Shown: positions 1-8,488 of the stretch, in pieces
Layout: every line of letters begins with the position of its first letter
How positions within the stretch are numbered: position 1 is the first letter of the stretch
IMG/VR virus record: IMGVR_UViG_3300005731_000180
Location: 3,663 to 67,662 of that record
Length of the DNA: 64,000 nucleotides
Reading direction: 5' to 3' (one strand)
Origin: a virus
Notes under the pieces: generated by a model
Seen by the model: the letters and a program-made list of their open reading frames with translations, nothing else
What the model was told of the DNA's origin: nothing
Databases searched by the model: none
Made by a program: the position numbers and the translations under genes

Positions 1-54
1 GGAAGCTGAGAAGCAAGCACTAGAAAGAGCAATGTCACTAATAGGAGTTGGAAA

Positions 55-735
55 ATGAGTAAAGAAAAGGTAGACGCTATCCTAACGTCAATGGCCAAGG
101 TGCAACAGTCACTTGACGCTATTAAGAAAGATCAGCAAGGTTACGGATATAAATTCAGAGGGATTGACCAAGTACTGAATACTTTAAATCCACTGTTTAA
201 GGAAAACCAAATCGTAACACTAAGACGTAACGTAAAATCTAACAGAGTGGTTAGAGAGGTTACAACAACTAAAGATATGTTACAAGTCGTGACTGACGAG
301 AATGGACTTCCAATCAAGGACGAAAAGGGAAAGGATATTAAGACGATGCAACCTAAGACTACCACAAAGCAATATGTGGAAGTAATGATGGAAGCTGAGT
401 ACGTATTCAAATCACTTATCGACGGATCGGAAATCGTTACCGAAGGTTTCGGAGAAGGTCAGGACACATCAGGTGGAGATAAGGCATCGTCAATGGCCAC
501 GTCTAATGCATATAAGTACGTAATCTTCGAAATGTTTAACATTGCTACTGACGAGCAGAAAGACTCGGATCAGGTTACAGCAAGTGCCAATAAAAACAAA
601 CAAGAGAAGACAAGTTTTTCTGGGAGAGGTAAGTCCAATTCGGAAAAACCAAAGGAAGCTGCAAAAGAGGAACCTAAGTCCGAAGATAAACCTGCGGATA
701 CAGAAAAACCTAAACGAAGCTTCAGGAGAGAATAA
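55..735 (+). CDS. ERF family single-strand annealing protein
   Basis: GYKFRGIDQVLNTLNPLF and GEGQD..GDKASSMATSNAYKY..F.I.TDE..DSD match ERF-family motifs; charged disordered C-tail; upstream SD aggag. Confidence 0.85.
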   Translation: MSKEKVDAILTSMAKVQQSLDAIKKDQQGYGYKFRGIDQVLNTLNPLFKENQIVTLRRNVKSNRVVREVTTTKDMLQVVTDENGLPIKDEKGKDIKTMQPKTTTKQYVEVMMEAEYVFKSLIDGSEIVTEGFGEGQDTSGGDKASSMATSNAYKYVIFEMFNIATDEQKDSDQVTASANKNKQEKTSFSGRGKSNSEKPKEAAKEEPKSEDKPADTEKPKRSFRRE

Positions 736-1085
736 TGCAGAATAATATTACAGTGGACGGATTAGTAGAGCAGCTAAAAGTGGGACTAGAGGAACTTCGA
801 GAAGTATTGGACTTCGAGGTGGACGACCTTTCCAAGAAGGAGCTAAAACGCTCTGTAAGCAATTTAAGGTCACTCCTTATTGCTACTATGGAACATCCAT
901 TTGAAGGGCAATATGCCCCAATACAGGAGCTCTCAGACGAGATGAAGAAACTACTTCAGAACACTCTAACGCTTAGGAACCTACAAACTGCAATTGTAAT
1001 GCATAGCGTAGCTGATAAGGCATTAGATGAAGTTGAACAGGAAATCATAAAAGAGGCGGAAGCCAGAGAAAAAGGAGACCAGTAA
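735..1085 (+). CDS. hypothetical helical protein
   Basis: Start overlaps ERF stop (TAATG); SD aggaga. Confidence 0.7.
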   Translation: MQNNITVDGLVEQLKVGLEELREVLDFEVDDLSKKELKRSVSNLRSLLIATMEHPFEGQYAPIQELSDEMKKLLQNTLTLRNLQTAIVMHSVADKALDEVEQEIIKEAEAREKGDQ

Positions 1086-1405
1086 TGTACGTAAAACTTG
1101 CTGACATTAAGATGAAAAAGGAACTAGCAGACAAACTAAGTAAAGAGGATAAGGAATTCCTAGAGGATTGCCTCCCTTATCTGTCTATCGAGGTAGATCG
1201 CTACTATGCCAAGGAAATTACTGTAAACGGTAGGGAACCTAAATTGGCGAACAATGGTAGAACTTACCTGAATCCAGACTCGCAGCGTAACTTCGAGGAA
1301 AGGGTGAAGAATTCTGGAAAGGCAGGGGATGATTTCGATGCCAAGTGTCAGAAGGACAGGGAGTTCGGGAAGATTGGCCAAATCCAAATCGAAGTAGAAG
1401 ATTAA
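1085..1405 (+). CDS. hypothetical protein (possibly SSB-like, by position only)
   Basis: Coupled ORF closing the ERF operon; acidic end EVED; function is inference. Confidence 0.55.
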   Translation: MYVKLADIKMKKELADKLSKEDKEFLEDCLPYLSIEVDRYYAKEITVNGREPKLANNGRTYLNPDSQRNFEERVKNSGKAGDDFDAKCQKDREFGKIGQIQIEVED

Positions 1406-1409
1406 CAAG

Positions 1410-1434
1410 GAGCCGAATTTATCGGCTCTTTTTT
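1410..1434 (+). terminator. intrinsic terminator
   Basis: GAGCCGA-attta-TCGGCTC followed by T6. Confidence 0.85.
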
Positions 1435-1435
1435 G

Positions 1436-1464
1436 TTGCATTGGAGAGAAAGAGATGGTACAAT
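1436..1464 (+). promoter_or_regulatory. sigma70-type promoter
   Basis: TTGCAT-N17-TACAAT with extended -10 TG. Confidence 0.7.
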
Positions 1465-1492
1465 GGAAGTAGGATAACTGAGGAGGTTTACA

Positions 1493-1762
1493 GTGTCGAA
1501 TAAAGAGTTTTTCACGGATTGGGTTAGCGAGGTAACTGAAACCAGTGGCGACCTAGGTGCATATTTCAGTATTGAGTCTGCTACAGAGGCGGCATGGGAT
1601 CACCAGCAATCAAAGTTGGACGCTAAGGACGAGCTTTTAAAAGAGGCTGTTGCTATGCTGTTAGAGGAATGTCCAGAAGTTGCAAACTTTTACGACTTGG
1701 TAACTTGTGACAGGTGCCAGTTTCTAAATAAACCAGAAATTAAGCAACTGAGAGGCGAGTAA
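1493..1762 (+). CDS. hypothetical protein
   Basis: SD gaggagg, GTG start. Confidence 0.65.
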   Translation: MSNKEFFTDWVSEVTETSGDLGAYFSIESATEAAWDHQQSKLDAKDELLKEAVAMLLEECPEVANFYDLVTCDRCQFLNKPEIKQLRGE

Positions 1763-2101
1763 ATGGAAATTATAAAAAGCATAGATTGGGCTATTGATAC
1801 TATTAGAAATCAGATTAAGTTTGGACTGACTGACAATCCACTGGCATCAGCAAAAAGAAGAGAAGCTAGAGCTAAGGGTGTTTTGCTTGATTGTAAAAGA
1901 GAAATCCAATCCCTCAAAGATCAACTAGCCCAATCGAAGAAAGACTTAGAAAAAGCTGAAAAGGTTATAGAGTCGATAAGTGACGAGTGTTATTCATGCA
2001 ATCAAGGTGTGTCTTGTTCAGGTATTACTGTTGATGTGATTGAAGAAAAAGCCCGTCAATACTTTCAAGAAAAACAAGACCAATTAAAGGAGTCGGAATG
2101 A
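1763..2101 (+). CDS. hypothetical protein sharing a C-terminal module with 6649..7149
   Basis: LEKAEKVI...EKARQYFQEKQDQLK. Confidence 0.65.
   Translation: MEIIKSIDWAIDTIRNQIKFGLTDNPLASAKRREARAKGVLLDCKREIQSLKDQLAQSKKDLEKAEKVIESISDECYSCNQGVSCSGITVDVIEEKARQYFQEKQDQLKESE
2043..2091 (+). repeat. direct repeat copy 1 (about 48 bp)
   Basis: agaaaaagcccgtcaatactttcaagaaaaacaagaccaattaaagg; near-identical copy at about 7092-7138. Confidence 0.85.
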
Positions 2102-2406
2102 GTCACGTCGAAGATAGGTTACGGATGCGATTCGGCATCACCGATTTACCACCAGGCAAGCTCAAATGGCTTACACTGAACTACGGTGAGGAGGTTATCC
2201 AGAAGGGTGAAGGTACGATATACAAGGTGGACTACGGAGACCAAACCCTGTATCCCGTGGTTGTAAACAAGGACGGAACGAGCGAGTTCATCGTGACAGT
2301 GTTGTGGACTTCCTACGTGGAAATGTTCATCAGGAAGAAGTTCCGTCACAACAAAAAGAAACTGTCCAAAATGTTAGGAAAACTTAGGAGGAAGAGTGGT
2401 AATTAA
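2098..2406 (+). CDS. hypothetical protein
   Basis: ATGA overlap; N-terminal H.EDR..MRFG motif. Confidence 0.6.
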   Translation: MSHVEDRLRMRFGITDLPPGKLKWLTLNYGEEVIQKGEGTIYKVDYGDQTLYPVVVNKDGTSEFIVTVLWTSYVEMFIRKKFRHNKKKLSKMLGKLRRKSGN

Positions 2407-2629
2407 TCCAGAAGAGTTCAAACTACAGCGTCCAACTGTCCAGAAGAATTACTTGGAAAAAGGTCTCGCTAAAGCGTTGGAACTGTCTACCGTATCGGGA
2501 ATTAACCTACTGGCAAGTCTTCACTTTATCTCGGAGCTACCTCTGACAGAGGAGCAAAGTTTGGAGGTGGAGGGATATATTGCAGATTTGGAGAAGTTTT
2601 ACGATGTTACGTTAAGGAGAGGAGAATGA
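2396..2629 (+). CDS. hypothetical protein
   Basis: SD aggagg; coupled to helicase. Confidence 0.6.
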   Translation: MVINPEEFKLQRPTVQKNYLEKGLAKALELSTVSGINLLASLHFISELPLTEEQSLEVEGYIADLEKFYDVTLRRGE

Positions 2630-3699
2630 GTTTCACAAATAAGAGGAAGAGTCAGCTTGGTGTACGTAGCCTTGGGGATATGATACGAAGTGGGGAGGTT
2701 AAGGACACCTCTTATAGTCCGTTAAGCGTAGATACGAGTAAGTTCATCTTAGGGCCAGATTGGTTGGATGACTTGATTAGAAGGTGGTCTAGGGGCGACC
2801 TGGTTGGTGTTTTGGCTGGTGCAGGAGTTGGTAAAACAACGGTAATTCTTAACATTTTATACCATATATTAAAGAATAATGAAGACAAAGAAGACGCATT
2901 TGTTACCTTTGTTTCCTTAGAACTTACTGCACAAGAAGTTGCAGATAAGTGGTTTAGAATTTGTGGTGAAGATCAACACCTAATCGACAGGTTTTACATT
3001 ATTGAGAACTACGACGAAAATGACAAATGTAAAGAGTTAACTCCATCAAAAATTAAAGTAGAGCTAAGTAAGATAATTGACAGTACTAGTGGCGATTTAC
3101 TAGCATTTGTTATTGACCATTTACACGAAATAGAAAACAACGGTTCTACTGACTATAATCCTGTAGTAAAGTCATTAAAAAATGTTGCAGTAGAAACTAA
3201 CTCAGTAGGATTTATTTTATCACAAACTACTAAAGGTAAAGGTATCGGAGATATTCCAATTCCTAAAGATGGATGTTACGGATGTTCTCGTTTTGAATGG
3301 CTTTGCTCTTATATCATTTCTGTGTCTCAACCTTTACTAAGAGTAAGTTCAAAATGTTCTTTATCGGTAGTAGCTTTACAATACTCTAAGATTAGATACA
3401 AGAATAAAACTGATAATCTAAAAGAGATGATGAATTACTTATTCCATTATGACTTTGATACGCAGAGAATTACACCTCTAAATCCTACTCAAAAATCAGA
3501 ATTCGCTATATGGTATGAGCAAGTACTGGAATTAAGAGATGCTGAAGAGAAGTTTAAGACACACCAGTATGACATATCTACGACTATTAAGAATAAAGAT
3601 GGAAAAGAAGTAGACATTAATAGAATTGTTGGAGGAACGAAACCAGAGTCCGACGAAGAGTATGTTAAGAAAACAACTTCTCGAAGCTTTAGGAGATAA
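2626..3699 (+). CDS. DnaB-like (SF4) replicative helicase
   Basis: Walker A GAGVGKT, FVSLEL (H1a), VIDHL (Walker B), LKNVA....GFILSQ (H3). Confidence 0.85.
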   Translation: MSFTNKRKSQLGVRSLGDMIRSGEVKDTSYSPLSVDTSKFILGPDWLDDLIRRWSRGDLVGVLAGAGVGKTTVILNILYHILKNNEDKEDAFVTFVSLELTAQEVADKWFRICGEDQHLIDRFYIIENYDENDKCKELTPSKIKVELSKIIDSTSGDLLAFVIDHLHEIENNGSTDYNPVVKSLKNVAVETNSVGFILSQTTKGKGIGDIPIPKDGCYGCSRFEWLCSYIISVSQPLLRVSSKCSLSVVALQYSKIRYKNKTDNLKEMMNYLFHYDFDTQRITPLNPTQKSEFAIWYEQVLELRDAEEKFKTHQYDISTTIKNKDGKEVDINRIVGGTKPESDEEYVKKTTSRSFRR

Positions 3700-3701
3700 A
3701 C

Positions 3702-3974
3702 ATGCCCAGCCCGAAGAGATTACCACTTGTGGAACGTCTTAAAACAAAACTAAAGAGTAACCCTAACGTAAACCTTGTAGATATGAATATACCGCTTGGA
3801 AATGGAACTGAAATTCCTAGATTAAAAGACATACTTGAGGAGAATGTTGACGAGAAGTATTATTTGAAGCATAGTATAGTTCAGAAGATTGTGGAGGAGG
3901 TCTCGTTCAGGGAGAGACTGGTCTCTATAAAATTAGACAAAGAAGGAAATAATATTTATAAGGAGGAGAAGTAA
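3702..3974 (+). CDS. protein resembling the post-motif-VIII segment of C5 DNA methyltransferases
   Basis: PRLKDILEENVDEKYYL resembles the segment that follows QNRER..IG in many C5-MTases; own SD aggaga. Confidence 0.6.
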   Translation: MPSPKRLPLVERLKTKLKSNPNVNLVDMNIPLGNGTEIPRLKDILEENVDEKYYLKHSIVQKIVEEVSFRERLVSIKLDKEGNNIYKEEK

Positions 3975-4252
3975 TGAGTGTATTTTTATTAAGTATTATG
4001 AGTATAGTTGCGTTATTATTTATTATTACTGGCTCTGAGATTGGTATAGGATTTGTACTAGGATTATCACTAGCCCTAGTGGCTACTTTAATATCTTTTA
4101 ATTACGATAGTACCGACTACGTGTCGGTGCAAAAAGCAGCGAAGGTATGTACTAAATACAATACTACGCTAGATGTAATTTACCACGACGGAGACTTTAA
4201 ATGCGTTAACGGTGCAGAGTTTGATAAGAAGGCTTACTCAGGTAAGGAGTAG
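3974..4252 (+). CDS. 2-TM membrane protein, paralog of 11982..12272
   Basis: Two hydrophobic helices; shared HDGDFKCVNGAEFD. Confidence 0.7.
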   Translation: MSVFLLSIMSIVALLFIITGSEIGIGFVLGLSLALVATLISFNYDSTDYVSVQKAAKVCTKYNTTLDVIYHDGDFKCVNGAEFDKKAYSGKE

Positions 4253-4387
4253 TATGTATGTGGATATTTTTTTAGTATTATAGTAATTGTTTATTTTTGT
4301 TATACCGAGTATAGAGAGGATAAACATGAATAGAAGTCGTCAAAAACGGCATGGAGCTTTGGGAAGGTCTGGTATGGAGTTAGATTT

Positions 4388-4624
4388 ATGAAAAATAGTA
4401 ATATTATGATTACATTAACTGTATTAGCACTGATCTTGGTAGTTGATTTCCTAAGACCTACAGATGATACAGATAAGTCTAGATTTAAGCGTTCAGGTAT
4501 GTATCTATATATCGACCACGGCACAGGCTGTCATTACCTAGCAGGAGATGGTTTCTTCGGTAAGCAGGTTTTGATTCCTAGACTTGATAAAAACGGTAAG
4601 CATGTTTGTGAGGGTGGTAAGTAA
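4388..4624 (+). CDS. small membrane-anchored phage protein
   Basis: N-terminal TM, DDTD..RSG..LYIDHGTGCHYL motif. Confidence 0.65.
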   Translation: MKNSNIMITLTVLALILVVDFLRPTDDTDKSRFKRSGMYLYIDHGTGCHYLAGDGFFGKQVLIPRLDKNGKHVCEGGK

Positions 4625-4878
4625 TGAGTTTATCAGTTGTGTTATTAGTGTGGTTTTTAGTTGGAAGCTTTATAACAAATCTGACTTGGGTGATGAGTGA
4701 TCTTAAGCACCGACTAATAAAGGACAATGGTAAGTATGATTCAGATTACTATTCTAGAATATACTCTAGAGGGTTGATTATAGGTTTTATATTAGGGCCG
4801 ATTACAGCCGTCCTAGCTTATAAGATATTTAAAGAACACGTTACAGAGTTAGAAGAATTTGAGAAGAGCGGTGAATGA
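4624..4878 (+). CDS. membrane protein
   Basis: Two hydrophobic segments; coupled start. Confidence 0.6.
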   Translation: MSLSVVLLVWFLVGSFITNLTWVMSDLKHRLIKDNGKYDSDYYSRIYSRGLIIGFILGPITAVLAYKIFKEHVTELEEFEKSGE

Positions 4879-5141
4879 ATCGACTAACTGAATCTATAGG
4901 CTTTATAGGAGCTTTATTCCTAGGCTTTTGCGCCGTACCTGAAGTGTACTTAGCCCTTACCACAGGTAAAACAGGCCTTAGTTGGTCTTTTCTATCAATC
5001 TGGCAAGGTGGAGAGATAATGCTTCTTATTTACACGTTGATGAAGAGTAAGGAAGTGAAGCTGTGGCCTTTATTCCTGAATTATGGAGCTAATATTATAT
5101 TGATTGGGATTATTATGGCAGTTAAGGGAAGATTGATATGA
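4875..5141 (+). CDS. PQ-loop / SemiSWEET-like 3-TM protein
   Basis: IG.IGA...FCAVPEV.....TG...GLSW.FL..W..GE.....Y...PLF.NY pattern; PE instead of PQ. Confidence 0.7.
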   Translation: MNRLTESIGFIGALFLGFCAVPEVYLALTTGKTGLSWSFLSIWQGGEIMLLIYTLMKSKEVKLWPLFLNYGANIILIGIIMAVKGRLI

Positions 5142-5338
5142 GTACTCAATGGGCAGTTTGGGTATTAGGTGTCGTATTTTATTTAATGCCATTGATAATA
5201 TGTTGGTGGATTGCTGAACCTTTTAAAGGCCGTCACCTAGATATTACTATGGCTTATATATTTATCGGAGTATTTCCAGTGTTGAATATATTACTGGTCA
5301 TCTCTAGTATTAGGCAATTTAGGAGAAACGGTGAGTAA
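5138..5338 (+). CDS. membrane protein
   Basis: Two TM helices. Confidence 0.6.
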   Translation: MSTQWAVWVLGVVFYLMPLIICWWIAEPFKGRHLDITMAYIFIGVFPVLNILLVISSIRQFRRNGE

Positions 5339-6332
5339 CGAAGAGAGAGAGATACTCAAGGTCTGGGATAAGACTTCTACCGGACGTAAAAGCCAGTGTG
5401 CTTCTATTTATCATACAGATGGAATATTTCCGACTATAAGCGCAGGAACTCACGGGTATTCAATGGGACAGATTATGGAAGAACACACAATAGCGTATTC
5501 AAAGTCACACCGCAAGACTTATATAGACGCAAGGGGAGTTATTGATGAACATGCCAACACCCTTTCGACAGGAGATGGATGTTCAAATCAATCAACTGGA
5601 ACTTACGTATTTACCAAGTCGAAGGAGCAGTTCACTTACGACAACGTAAGAATTCGTAAGCTGACACCTCTGGAAACAGAAAGACTGCAAGGTTATTCTG
5701 ACAATTGGACTAAGTATGCTAAACGAGAGGACGGCACCGTTTACGAATTATCTAACACGAGACGCTACAAACTATGCGGTAACGGAATAAGTGCCACTGT
5801 TACTCAGACGATCTTTCCGAAAGTATTCGGTAACGATAAGCTGAGAGTATTGGACTTGTTCTCTGGATGCCATGGAACAGGTATGCTGCTTCCAGATAAC
5901 TTCCAAGTAGTAGGTTTCTCTGAGGTGGACAAATACGCTAGTGACCTCCTGCGTTACAGGTATCCAGAAGTGCCGAACTTTGGAGATGTAACAAAGCTCG
6001 TCAACCTAGAGCTTCCAGAATTCGACCTACTGACATTCGGGTATCCATGTCAGGATGTTAGCAGCTCGGGACTGAATAAAGGCTCAGAAGGGAATAGAAC
6101 GTCTCTTGTTTGGGATGTATGCGATCTTATCGAAAAGACCCGACCTCGTTTCATTGCTGCGGAGAATGTTAAGAATCACTTGTCCAAAAGGCATGAGGAG
6201 TTTTTCACTGCTGTATTGGAAAGGTTATCTAATTTGGGATACGAATTGGATTTCGAAGTGGTAAACAGTAAGTACTTCGGACTTGCCCAGAACAGAGAGC
6301 GTGTGTTTATTATCGGTAAACTTAAAAAGTAG
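5331..6332 (+). CDS. circularly permuted DNA (cytosine-5) methyltransferase
   Basis: Order TRD - IX (RKLTPLETERLQGY) - X (YKLCGNGI) - I (LDLFSGCHG) - IV (GYPCQ) - VI (ENV) - VIII (QNRERVFIIG), then stop. Confidence 0.9.
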   Translation: MSNEEREILKVWDKTSTGRKSQCASIYHTDGIFPTISAGTHGYSMGQIMEEHTIAYSKSHRKTYIDARGVIDEHANTLSTGDGCSNQSTGTYVFTKSKEQFTYDNVRIRKLTPLETERLQGYSDNWTKYAKREDGTVYELSNTRRYKLCGNGISATVTQTIFPKVFGNDKLRVLDLFSGCHGTGMLLPDNFQVVGFSEVDKYASDLLRYRYPEVPNFGDVTKLVNLELPEFDLLTFGYPCQDVSSSGLNKGSEGNRTSLVWDVCDLIEKTRPRFIAAENVKNHLSKRHEEFFTAVLERLSNLGYELDFEVVNSKYFGLAQNRERVFIIGKLKK

Positions 6333-6361
6333 TTGACTTCCTTATAGGAGTCTGTTAGAAT
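6333..6361 (+). promoter_or_regulatory. sigma70-type promoter
   Basis: TTGACT-N17-TAGAAT with extended -10 TG. Confidence 0.75.
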
Positions 6362-6379
6362 GGTTACAGGAGGTACAAA

Positions 6380-6592
6380 ATGACTAATTATTCGCACCTA
6401 TGGAATGATTTACCCGAAGAGGAAAGAAAAAGACTGATGCCTTATCAGATTGAGTGTCAAATTAGACATACTAAAGCGGCAAGGTTAAAAGCAGTAAGAG
6501 CTCACGAAAGACATTTAAGAGAAATTGACGAACTAGTTAAATACCTTGAAAGTAGGTTAAAAGAGATAGAGGCACAAAATGGCTGTAGATAA
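6380..6592 (+). CDS. hypothetical protein
   Basis: SD aggaggt directly after promoter. Confidence 0.65.
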   Translation: MTNYSHLWNDLPEEERKRLMPYQIECQIRHTKAARLKAVRAHERHLREIDELVKYLESRLKEIEAQNGCR

Positions 6593-6648
6593 TAGGTATG
6601 ATACGATGCCGATTGTATTAGATTGGCTAGATAAAATAGAGGTACAAA

Positions 6649-7149
6649 ATGAGCAAACTTAAAACTTTTAGTGAATGGATTAAAGATGAAGTAACATTCA
6701 GTGATGAATGTTTACAATCCATGCAAGTAGGCTATGAAGCAGGAATTAAAGAAGCAACGAGTCATTTCCAAAAAGGCGAAGATTTATCTGATATCTCTAT
6801 CGCAGGTATGCCTATGACTGTTGAACATGTAGCAGAGTTGCTTAATAAACATGTTATTGAAATATCGCAGAAGAATAAAGAGGTATGTGAACTTGAAGCT
6901 AGAATTTTAGCAGTCGAAGAAAAGAAAAACTTTCTAGAAAAGAGTTTGGAAAAGGCTGAGGAGGTTGTAAGGTTCTATCAGGCTGGCTATCACTTGAAAG
7001 TATCAAATACTAGAGGTGAAGTGATTGACTTCGATGTAGATGCTGGGCCTTTTTATAACACAATTACAACTCTTGAAGATATAGATAGAGGAGAAAAAGC
7101 CCGTCAATATTTTAAAGAAAAACAAGACCAGTTAAAGGGGGAGAAGTGA
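6649..7149 (+). CDS. hypothetical coiled-coil protein sharing a module with 1763..2101
   Basis: LEKAEEVV...EKARQYFKEKQDQLK. Confidence 0.65.
   Translation: MSKLKTFSEWIKDEVTFSDECLQSMQVGYEAGIKEATSHFQKGEDLSDISIAGMPMTVEHVAELLNKHVIEISQKNKEVCELEARILAVEEKKNFLEKSLEKAEEVVRFYQAGYHLKVSNTRGEVIDFDVDAGPFYNTITTLEDIDRGEKARQYFKEKQDQLKGEK
7092..7138 (+). repeat. direct repeat copy 2
   Basis: agaaaaagcccgtcaatattttaaagaaaaacaagaccagttaaagg. Confidence 0.85.
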
Positions 7150-7325
7150 GTAGGCAATTCAAGTGTAAAAAATGCGAAAGCGAAGAAGTTGCAATTAAAC
7201 TAAAGGATTATATATCTCATGCGTTTCACGATGAGAGATGTGATGAGTTTTTATCATGTCATTGTAAGAGATGCGGTCACTGGTGGAAAGAAAAGCCATC
7301 GGACAAACTAGAGGGGGAGAAGTGA
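7146..7325 (+). CDS. 59-aa zinc-ribbon protein (not in ORF track)
   Basis: GTGA overlap; MSRQFKCKKC...CKRCGHWWKEKPSDKLEGEK. Confidence 0.6.
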   Translation: MSRQFKCKKCESEEVAIKLKDYISHAFHDERCDEFLSCHCKRCGHWWKEKPSDKLEGEK

Positions 7326-7504
7326 AATATATATGTTTAATACTTGGCTGCAATCATAAAGTTTGCACAGAAACAAAGTGGTTTGGAGATGATTTATTTC
7401 AGGGCTTTAAATGTAGCCGATGCGGAACTCCTTCGACTTACTGGGGTCACGTTATAAATATGCGTGATTGCAATGCAATGATTAACCCTGAGGGCACAAA
7501 ATGA
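7322..7504 (+). CDS. small Cys-rich protein
   Basis: Likely GTG start at 7322; ICLILGCNH...CSRCG. Confidence 0.55.
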   Translation: MKYICLILGCNHKVCTETKWFGDDLFQGFKCSRCGTPSTYWGHVINMRDCNAMINPEGTK

Positions 7505-7821
7505 ACAATCTTAAGAATGAAGAGGGAGTGATGTTAAAAGATAGCATTTACAAAATAGAAGAAAATAAAACAATTGTTGCCTTTGGTTCTGGTGCGATTA
7601 TGACAGGTCAGTCATGGGACAAAAAGAATCAGGTTATGGTTCATTTTTGCGACACCAAGGAAAAGCACATCATTGGTGCAAACAAGAGTAGCGAGACAAC
7701 ATGGAAAGAGCTTGAAAGAGGGCAAACTATTATTTTTGGCTTTAACAAGCTTGAATCAATAGATGTTGTTATAGAAGAACTGTTGGATGCTAGAAGTAAA
7801 TTTCTAGAGCTGAATCCTTAA
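7501..7821 (+). CDS. hypothetical protein
   Basis: ORF in coupled operon. Confidence 0.6.
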   Translation: MNNLKNEEGVMLKDSIYKIEENKTIVAFGSGAIMTGQSWDKKNQVMVHFCDTKEKHIIGANKSSETTWKELERGQTIIFGFNKLESIDVVIEELLDARSKFLELNP

Positions 7822-7833
7822 GGAGTCTAACCA

Positions 7834-8139
7834 ATGACCGTCAATTTAGAGAATTGTAATGAGATAATAGCTGAGTTTATGGGTGTGAAGCCATTGTCTC
7901 AAACTTATAAAAACCTAGGTGGCAAAGATTATTCTGAATCCCTAGATTCCCTCGTTCCTGCTTGGGAGAAGTATAATTTAGTCCCTAGTTACGACAAAAT
8001 GGGTGACTACTGGTCTTGTGAAATGTTGCAAGGGTCTACACTTGGTAAGAGCTATGAAAATGGTATTTCTAAAAAGATTGAGGAAGCGACAGCAATAGCA
8101 ACAGCAAAAGCAATACAGGAGCTTAATAATGGGAAGTAA
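7834..8139 (+). CDS. hypothetical protein (possibly phage ABA-sandwich-like)
   Basis: NEIIAEFMG...YS.S.D.L..AWEK...A.AIA.AKA pattern. Confidence 0.5.
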   Translation: MTVNLENCNEIIAEFMGVKPLSQTYKNLGGKDYSESLDSLVPAWEKYNLVPSYDKMGDYWSCEMLQGSTLGKSYENGISKKIEEATAIATAKAIQELNNGK

Positions 8140-8380
8140 AAAAGAATTTACATTACACAACGGTAAAGGTGTTTTATATGGTAGGTATTCTACTGATGAA
8201 TTTGCAAGAAAATTCAAAGAACTATCAGATAGATTGACTGAAGCCGAAAAGACTATAATCAATATTCTAAACGAGTCCGACAAGGACTATGGAATGAGCG
8301 AACCTGCTAAATTTCAAGTTAGAAGAATAAGAACTATATGTAATGAGTATCTTGAGGAAATTAATGAAAACATCAACTAA
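8129..8380 (+). CDS. hypothetical protein
   Basis: SD aggag. Confidence 0.55.
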   Translation: MGSKKEFTLHNGKGVLYGRYSTDEFARKFKELSDRLTEAEKTIINILNESDKDYGMSEPAKFQVRRIRTICNEYLEEINENIN

Positions 8381-8488
8381 AGAATACCTGTCAATCCCAA
8401 TTTCCATACTAGCACCTGTAATCGTACTAGCGAGCAGTACCTACAGTATCGCAAGAAATTGGATTAAGTCCAACTTCAGGAGGAGGTA

